A stretch of DNA of 64,000 bases from a virus: positions 1 to 64,000 of the IMG/VR virus record IMGVR_UViG_3300043403_000051; one strand, 5' to 3'. Of this stretch, positions 57,901-64,000 are shown one piece after another; position 1 is the first letter of the stretch; the number at the start of each line of letters is the position of its first letter. The notes below the pieces were generated by a model, which saw nothing but the letters and a program-made list of their open reading frames with translations, was not told the origin of the DNA and ran no database searches. A program made the translations under genes and the position numbers.

Positions 57901-59886
57901 ATACCAAATCAATATGGTTCCGTTAATGGATTTGAATATCTTGAAACTGATGGTTGTGTAACATTATTATCTTCTAATCCATCAGAGTGTACAACTTATT
58001 TTGGTGGGGATACTTTTATAAATAGATTTGCATTAAAAAGAAAAATGCCTTTCTTCTTAGAAACAAGGTTTAGATTTTCAAATGATGCTGATGTTATTTA
58101 TTCAGAACTTGGTAATGTAGGATATCCTAACTTCTACATGAATACAGAAGAACCACTATTCCAAAGACTCGAAGATTTAAATGGGGGTCTTGGTTCAATT
58201 TATCAAAAGTTGATTGGTGTTGATAGAGGTCGTCTTGATGGAAGAACATCAAAACTGTTTTATCAAAATGGATTTATTCATTTATACAATTATGGAATCC
58301 CTTATTTCTTGGTTGAGTCTGATTATAATGTTGATTATCGTCATGCAGAAAACTTAAAAGAAAAAAGTTATTATCCCTTATCATCTGATATAAAAGAATG
58401 GTTACAAGAAAAGAATGTTCCTATTAGTTTTGATAATACATATATTTATAATAATACATATTCAAGACAAAATAAAGAAAGCTTTATTTGTACACCCTCA
58501 TATAATATAAATAGTTTTAAAGATTGTGTTGCAAAATTACCAAATCGTCTTATATATTCGGAACCAAATAAATTCTTAGTATTTAAAGCTAACAGTTTTA
58601 AAAACTTTGATTTAACAAATGGAACACTTATAAGTGCCGACGGCATAGAATCTGATAAAGTACTTGTACGTTTTGAAAATACATCAAAAATATTTAATGC
58701 TTACAATACTATTCAAACAAGTTCTGAAACTTTACAAGTAGGTACTGGCGGTATGTTCCAATCAAGACCACAAGATTTTTCTACAACTGACCTTGGATAT
58801 GCAGGAACTCAACATAGAGATATTTTAAAAACAGAGTACGGCCATATTTGGGTTGATGCAGAAAGAGGTCAAGTATTTAATTTACAAACAGGTGGTGAAG
58901 GATTAGATGAACTTACTAAAGAAGGTATGCGTCATTGGTTTAAAAATAATTTGCCATTTGAAATTAAAAAACACTTTCCTCAAATAGCAAGCGAGGATTT
59001 GGATAATAACTTTAAAGGCATAGGTCTTCACCTCGGTTTTGATAAACGGTATGCAAGATTCTTTATTACTAAACTTGATTATAAACCAATTATAACAGGT
59101 ATAGTCTATGACACACAAGTAAAAGAATTTTACTATAACAAAGAAAGAATATTTGTACATGACACAAAATATTTTTGTAATAAATCTTGGACAGTATCGT
59201 ATAGTTTTTTCCTAAAAGGTTGGTTGAGTTACTATAGTTTTAAACCTAACTTCTATGTTGAAAATATAGATAATTTTGAAACAGGTATCCAACAAGACAC
59301 TTGCTCAATCTGGTCACACGATTTAACTAATAAATCATATCAGGTATTCTACGGAAAGCTTGAACCATTTACTGTTGAGTATGTAACTAAGTTTAACGCA
59401 GCAAATAACTTTGTAAATTCAATTGAATATTTAGTTGATGTAATTCGTTACCATAATGATAATGATTATTTTTATAATACTAACATAACATTTAATAAGG
59501 GTATAGTATATAACGAGAATCAATCATCTGGTTTATTGGAATTTGTAAAAGAAAATCCTGACGACCTTTCACAATTTGTTGAATACCCAATAGCTAAAAA
59601 AGATTCTACAGAGATACTAACAAGTAATTCTGAGAATATGTGGAGATTTAATGATTTCTATAATATTTGTAAATCTGAAATTAATAATGTTCCTTTATTT
59701 TTAAATACTTGCGCAAACGACAATAAATTTATAAATGAAAAATCTGTTAACTACTACACATCTGACTTTAATAAAAGTAGAATTCGTTCACGCCAAACAA
59801 GAGTACGTTTAACAAATGATAAACATTCTAACTATAAATTCATTTTCCTTCTTAGTTTACTCAATCAAAATATTAGTTTTAGATAA
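54949..59886 (+). CDS. tail stabilisation / muzzle protein
   Basis: 1645 aa; YFTDN, RDEVY.FGI, FHIP, FGGDTFI, W.S.YSF.P. Confidence 0.75.
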   Translation: MAQNNQIVSVSKGMVDDLHSVLTPESNPTYVLNGNVSNFNGNEFFIQNEPSNILKTKMEEGFKVIGFIEIHEQKRVVYFLVNPLTNDSEIGEIRECLYNDITDKEYISGCEDCTDVYNYEATPLEEKEQVPFCSYRTIISEKCLNFNINNPIDIEYELKACTVNLYFTDNLSQRRHIRFTYENNIPSNDLELDIYYKNVIGFVDDACREPIYGDSLDCNKLNYHPDFKKPCIDLVGITTGGALKAGTYQFLISYCDEKGNELTQYFPASQNIPIKTKNVTVATNYVTDSSINILINNIENVVYEYFNMVVAETVDGITSFKLIGTYSTQLADTNNTITFTYNGINFIRDYSITDVIYKRPYYDTAASITKSNDYLFFSNLKEFPQPNLQRVANNIKLYWQTIAIPESVYNNPNNVYKYRTYQRDEVYGFGIVFETTHGEDTCAFHIPNREPVDSDLQYVTGDDVFKENGCETETIHGIPVNSKPRWEIYNTASVLGQPHNIFEDCKDNSCWEWGDFAYWHSSEKYPNEPEVWGDLCGKNIKLHKFPDSCVSHIHDGFNGTKDYSDGNIVYPIGVKVDHLSITNALDLAVQQTVITQSQRDSIKGYRIVRLNRYGQKSVIAKGLLYDMWKYDRSGSGYYYANYPFNDLRPDKFISTTDKTYGDSTTSDPRPISFVKSGRYTFHSPDTHFNSPSLGSYLKLETEEYGKSEGFFNYAEEQAKYKRPSTTAVTIALGIALASALSQEKHKECKTVVIKSETTVGLTAGTTAGTIVDPINPSLYEKNTGLPIRFQPLVGEVHKNTCTGTPYHMSSLASAIPGTPNFDPLMAAFKIVSGVFNQITYLLSIVLRELDRWMKFFESLIPYKNYAAQYQAVGKYNNYKCVSNNQGIKIRRLDRSAYLEPIIQNVDETIQSSGLFSTVNINNWNRESSVYLKTDSKKSLLPNTSVVDNSRILMSDVGIKETDSDKFTKKLYRDISSFYGSIKRNIPNQYGSVNGFEYLETDGCVTLLSSNPSECTTYFGGDTFINRFALKRKMPFFLETRFRFSNDADVIYSELGNVGYPNFYMNTEEPLFQRLEDLNGGLGSIYQKLIGVDRGRLDGRTSKLFYQNGFIHLYNYGIPYFLVESDYNVDYRHAENLKEKSYYPLSSDIKEWLQEKNVPISFDNTYIYNNTYSRQNKESFICTPSYNINSFKDCVAKLPNRLIYSEPNKFLVFKANSFKNFDLTNGTLISADGIESDKVLVRFENTSKIFNAYNTIQTSSETLQVGTGGMFQSRPQDFSTTDLGYAGTQHRDILKTEYGHIWVDAERGQVFNLQTGGEGLDELTKEGMRHWFKNNLPFEIKKHFPQIASEDLDNNFKGIGLHLGFDKRYARFFITKLDYKPIITGIVYDTQVKEFYYNKERIFVHDTKYFCNKSWTVSYSFFLKGWLSYYSFKPNFYVENIDNFETGIQQDTCSIWSHDLTNKSYQVFYGKLEPFTVEYVTKFNAANNFVNSIEYLVDVIRYHNDNDYFYNTNITFNKGIVYNENQSSGLLEFVKENPDDLSQFVEYPIAKKDSTEILTSNSENMWRFNDFYNICKSEINNVPLFLNTCANDNKFINEKSVNYYTSDFNKSRIRSRQTRVRLTNDKHSNYKFIFLLSLLNQNISFR

Positions 59887-60692
59887 TGGCAAAGTATAAA
59901 ATATATCCAGAAGGTGGTTATGTTCAAAATGATGAGTGGCAGAATTACGACCACACATCTCCTTATATGGATATTTTAAATTCATTACAAGAACAAAACT
60001 CAATTGACCCTTATGAACAACAGGCTTATTATAACCAGCAAGTTCCTTCACAAGAACAGGCTGATGAATATAATTATAATGATACTCGGTATGAAGAGTT
60101 ACAAGACCAAATAAAAGATTTAGAGAGTAGATTAAGTGAATCTTATCAAAGTTCTGATACTCAAAATTCTGATGAATTAATGGATTATATTCTTGGTGGT
60201 TCAGAACCTGGACAACCTATTGATTGGTCAAATATTCAATCAATGATTCCTACATCACAAGTACAAAGTAGTGAACCTATATCAAATCCTGCTAAGCATG
60301 CTTACCAGTTTTTTATAAATAAAGGATACACTCCTGCACAAGCAGCAGGTATTGTAGGGAATATAAAACATGAATCATCATTTAATACTTCTATAAAAGG
60401 TGATAATGGTCAAGCACAAGGTCTTGTTCAATGGCATCCTGATAGACGTAATAGAGTTTTCTCTTACTTAGAGAGTAGGGGTTTAAATCCAAATGATTTC
60501 AATTCACAACTCGAAGGTATAGATTATGAATTAAATACATCTGAACAAAGTGCATTATCAAAATTAAAGACAGCACGAACTCCCGCAGAAGCTGCACGAC
60601 TATTTGATAAACATTATGAAAGAAGTGCAGGTAAAACAACAGGGTCAAGAGAGGCATACGCAGAAAAGTTATATAATGAATTAAATGGTTAA
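59886..60692 (+). CDS. virion protein with phage tail lysozyme domain
   Basis: AAGIVGNIKHES, GLVQW...R, FDKHYER. Confidence 0.8.
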   Translation: MAKYKIYPEGGYVQNDEWQNYDHTSPYMDILNSLQEQNSIDPYEQQAYYNQQVPSQEQADEYNYNDTRYEELQDQIKDLESRLSESYQSSDTQNSDELMDYILGGSEPGQPIDWSNIQSMIPTSQVQSSEPISNPAKHAYQFFINKGYTPAQAAGIVGNIKHESSFNTSIKGDNGQAQGLVQWHPDRRNRVFSYLESRGLNPNDFNSQLEGIDYELNTSEQSALSKLKTARTPAEAARLFDKHYERSAGKTTGSREAYAEKLYNELNG

Positions 60693-62616
60693 AATGAAAC
60701 GTAGAATAAAAAAATATCAAACCGCAGGTGATAATAATCCTCCATCAAGTGACTTAGAAAAACTTGTTCGTAGTATAATGGAAGAGTATAAGATTGACCC
60801 CAAGAATAAAATTCCTGGTGTTTCACAAACTGAAGCTCCTGATGGTGCATTGTTAAAATACAACTTTGACAATTCTCTTAACAGGCAATCAAGAAGACAA
60901 GGTGGGCCAGAATTTGATAACTTACTTTACTACGGTAACGATAAAAACACAGGCTCTGATATTTTTAGTTACGACGTAACAACAACAACAAAAGGAGATT
61001 ATGGTAGTGGAAATATAGGACAAGCTGTTGACGCTATTAGTCCGTTAATTGATGCAACAACCTTTACTGCAAACAGTATTACTGATATGAAAAATAGAAA
61101 ACAAAACATGAATAAAAGGTACGAACTTGCACGTACTAATTCACAATACTCACAAAATGAAAGTGGGTTAAACAACATACCTGCTTATTTTAAAAAAGGT
61201 GGTAAAAATAAAAAAGAACCACAGGCTGATGAAACAAACTTCTATGATTGGAAAAGACCTGGAAATGTAAATAAGGGAACTTGGCAATACGAAGTTGGTA
61301 AAATGCCTAATGCAACAGAGGGAAGTTTTGGACAGCAATTAAACATGTTGCAAGATATGTATGGAATTAGTGAAAACGATGCGGGTTTTAGAGGTCTTGT
61401 TAATGCACAAACATTTGCAGGAACAGATTACGCTAAAGACCCTTACGCACCAGTTATGACTGCTGACGCACAAGGTAATCAGAAATATAGACCTGTTACA
61501 AGAACTATTGATTTCCATAACGCCGACGAAGACATTCAAGAGTATATCAGGCAATCAACAGCAGCAAGACTTGGCACTAACAGTAACACAACAGGATTTA
61601 GTAAAGTAGGGGAATACAGCAATGGTCAACCTATTGACATGTCACAGTTTGATTTAAGCAATCAATACTACCTAAGAGATTACGCAGAAAATCCTGATTA
61701 TAATATGCCTGACCTTTCAGCAGGTATGCCTCTTGATGGTATTACCGATAGATATCAACCTATTGATATTCCTTTACACCGTCCTAAAGTACCTATTAAA
61801 CAAAGAGTACCTGTTCCTCGTAAGCCCACAACACCTGAAAAAACAGCTTCTCCAATGAATGTGGATAACGGTTTAATGCCGCCTAACTTACCAACACGAG
61901 ACAATACGCTAAATAGAGGAAGTGACCTTTACGCTCCAGATGGTTCACTGATTCCAAAAGAACTTTTAGCAATGGGTAAATATAAAAATGACCCTTCTAC
62001 ATATAATACGGAAATTATGAAACCTGTTTACGATGAAAAAACAGGTGAGGTTATTGATATGAAGCCAACTAAAGTATGGAATGGTCAATACAAACAAGAT
62101 AGATTGAACTGGGGAGATGATTCTGCTCCTTGGCGTGATAAGGACTCAGAAGGAATGGCTGTTGATATTGCTTTACTTATTGCAACAGGTGGTATTATGA
62201 GTGGCTTAGCTCGTTTGAGTGCAGCAGGTATTCGTGGTGCCGAAGCTGCAAATCTAATGCAAAAAGCAAAATCTATAAAACTATCAAAAAAGGTAATTGA
62301 TAACTATTCTAAAATGTCAAAAGGAAGTAAAGTTTGGAAAAGTGGAATCAATGAATTAAAAAAATTACCAAGTGAAATAAAAAATATAGCCCCAAAAGTT
62401 CCAATAAAACAAATAGGAAATGGTAGAATAATACCAACACCTACACCTATTGGTAATCTACCTATAGCTAATCCTCAAAAAGGACAATGGATACTTGATA
62501 GATTAGGTGTATCAGGTTATCAACAAGGTGGTCATAATATTGGAGATACTATTGATGTTTCACCAGATGATATTGCTTATTTAATAGAACAAGGGTACGA
62601 TTTTGAAATAGACTAA
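60685..62616 (+). CDS. putative ejected cargo protein
   Basis: Low-structure sequence with FKKGG/YQQGG motifs and one hydrophobic segment. Confidence 0.55.
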   Translation: MVKMKRRIKKYQTAGDNNPPSSDLEKLVRSIMEEYKIDPKNKIPGVSQTEAPDGALLKYNFDNSLNRQSRRQGGPEFDNLLYYGNDKNTGSDIFSYDVTTTTKGDYGSGNIGQAVDAISPLIDATTFTANSITDMKNRKQNMNKRYELARTNSQYSQNESGLNNIPAYFKKGGKNKKEPQADETNFYDWKRPGNVNKGTWQYEVGKMPNATEGSFGQQLNMLQDMYGISENDAGFRGLVNAQTFAGTDYAKDPYAPVMTADAQGNQKYRPVTRTIDFHNADEDIQEYIRQSTAARLGTNSNTTGFSKVGEYSNGQPIDMSQFDLSNQYYLRDYAENPDYNMPDLSAGMPLDGITDRYQPIDIPLHRPKVPIKQRVPVPRKPTTPEKTASPMNVDNGLMPPNLPTRDNTLNRGSDLYAPDGSLIPKELLAMGKYKNDPSTYNTEIMKPVYDEKTGEVIDMKPTKVWNGQYKQDRLNWGDDSAPWRDKDSEGMAVDIALLIATGGIMSGLARLSAAGIRGAEAANLMQKAKSIKLSKKVIDNYSKMSKGSKVWKSGINELKKLPSEIKNIAPKVPIKQIGNGRIIPTPTPIGNLPIANPQKGQWILDRLGVSGYQQGGHNIGDTIDVSPDDIAYLIEQGYDFEID

Positions 62617-62626
62617 TTTAATTAAA

Positions 62627-63985
62627 ATGAGGATAAGAATTACTGCAATACCAAAAGCTCAAATGGGATTAGATAATCAAGGAGTTCCACCTGCTGAATT
62701 AGAGGCAGGTGAAATCTATTCATCTACGGAAGGAACTATTAACAAAATTTCTGATAAGGGGAATACCCATGAAGATGGTGGAGAGATTGTGCTTGATGCA
62801 GATAGAATTTTAGAGGATACTTCTGATAAAAGAACGGATGTGGCATCTAAAAATTTAAAAGTATTACCAGAAGAACTTAAAGATTCTTTTGGAGTAACTG
62901 TTAAAAAACCAGTAACCCATTCAAAAGCATTTGAAATTGTTTCTGCATACTATGAAAAGAAAGCAAAAAAGATTGAAAATGTTTTAAAGAAAAATAAAAA
63001 ATCAATAAATTGGAATGATAAATATGCAGAGAATAGCTTAAATATAAATGCAAAAAATCTACAATCTATCCCAACAGACCAAAGTATTTTTGATACATTG
63101 TTTGAAATACAAGAGGCTAAAAAAGCACCTGTTAGTCAAGAAGGTATGCCTATGGCTCAATATGGTTGGAATAACAAAGTTCTTAATAGTGCTGTTGACT
63201 ATGCAAAGAAACATCCAAAAGGTGTTGGTATGCAACCATCTTATCAAGCACCCCCTCCAATATTAAATGACTATAACGCAGATTTGCAATGGTTTAATAC
63301 TGCTGGCCCATTAATGGGTATTATGGATTCTGCAAGACGTGGGTCTACTCAATATTTTGGACAGGAGTCATCCCCCTACACACCGAAGTACGCAACAGCA
63401 GAACCTTATCTGCAACGCAATCAATCTGACTATAACGCAGCTATGCAGGGTCTTGATGGAACAGGTATAGGTAACGCTAACAGAGCAAATTTATATGCTC
63501 AAAAATGGTTAGCTAATCAGCAAGCTTTTGGACAAGTTGACCAAATGAATACCTCTATTGGTAATACTGCTGCCGCAGCAGAAGCTACTCGTAGAACAAA
63601 TCAATCTGTAAATAACCGTATTAATATGGGTGATTTTGATAATAGATTCCTTAGTTCTATTGAGGCACAAAGATTACAAAAGAATACATCATGGGATAAT
63701 CTTTTCTCAACTATTGGCGCACATAATAAGCATCTTACAGAAGGAGATTTGATAATGTCAATGTACCAATACTTTAACCAACAAGGTGACTATAATGGAA
63801 ATCAAGTAAGGTTTAATAATGGTTTTGGTAAATCTAATAAGTCATCTTCTGACGTAGAGACAATCCCTATAAGAAGTAAATACAATGCATTAGATGCCTA
63901 TGTAACAACTTTACGTGACCAAAGAGGTAATAGACGAGCAATTCGTACAGAGCAACCCCCTAAAAAAACAGCTACTTTTAGATAA
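62627..63985 (+). CDS. putative ejected cargo protein
   Basis: AELE.GE, G.THE.GG, AQ.G motifs; Q/N-rich. Confidence 0.55.
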   Translation: MRIRITAIPKAQMGLDNQGVPPAELEAGEIYSSTEGTINKISDKGNTHEDGGEIVLDADRILEDTSDKRTDVASKNLKVLPEELKDSFGVTVKKPVTHSKAFEIVSAYYEKKAKKIENVLKKNKKSINWNDKYAENSLNINAKNLQSIPTDQSIFDTLFEIQEAKKAPVSQEGMPMAQYGWNNKVLNSAVDYAKKHPKGVGMQPSYQAPPPILNDYNADLQWFNTAGPLMGIMDSARRGSTQYFGQESSPYTPKYATAEPYLQRNQSDYNAAMQGLDGTGIGNANRANLYAQKWLANQQAFGQVDQMNTSIGNTAAAAEATRRTNQSVNNRINMGDFDNRFLSSIEAQRLQKNTSWDNLFSTIGAHNKHLTEGDLIMSMYQYFNQQGDYNGNQVRFNNGFGKSNKSSSDVETIPIRSKYNALDAYVTTLRDQRGNRRAIRTEQPPKKTATFR

Positions 63986-64000
63986 TCATATCTCATTATC

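Noticed and set aside
23686-63247. Many short antisense ORFs within virion genes
   Set aside because: They are shadow frames of long plus-strand genes.
21914-63985. Stop-codon reassignment, common in some crAss-like phages
   Set aside because: Virion genes are long and intact in the standard code and no canonical CTA or TCA suppressor tRNA was found; the TCAG loop at 18879 is not a 7-nt anticodon loop.

Overview
A 64-kb fragment of an AT-rich crAss-like (Crassvirales-type) phage genome with a probable Bacteroidota host, inferred from repeated TTTG-N20-TAnnTTTG promoters. The left ~15.6 kb is a minus-strand block of small early/accessory genes: a truncated NAMPT next to an HNH nuclease, a Tad2/DUF2829-like protein, a methyltransferase, a DUF2828/TROVE-vWA-like protein with four repeated structured RNAs, and odd tRNA-like RNAs. 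After a ~0.9-kb strand-switch region come 24 tRNA genes covering all 20 amino acids, then the crAss-type virion module (TerL, portal, MCP, ring/tail proteins, fibres, GH19 lysin, cargo proteins). Main finding: the tRNA array is split into three operons. Each has its own promoter, a short leader peptide and a protector/antiterminator/terminator set, and each leader contains an uninterrupted run of codons for the amino acids whose tRNAs lie downstream (VIDNIRNAEGCKKA; YYSLSLLSSL; TRTHTQQFWFPTR). This looks like ribosome-sensed transcription attenuation that turns on phage tRNA sets when the matching host tRNAs are depleted. All calls were made by eye without database searches.
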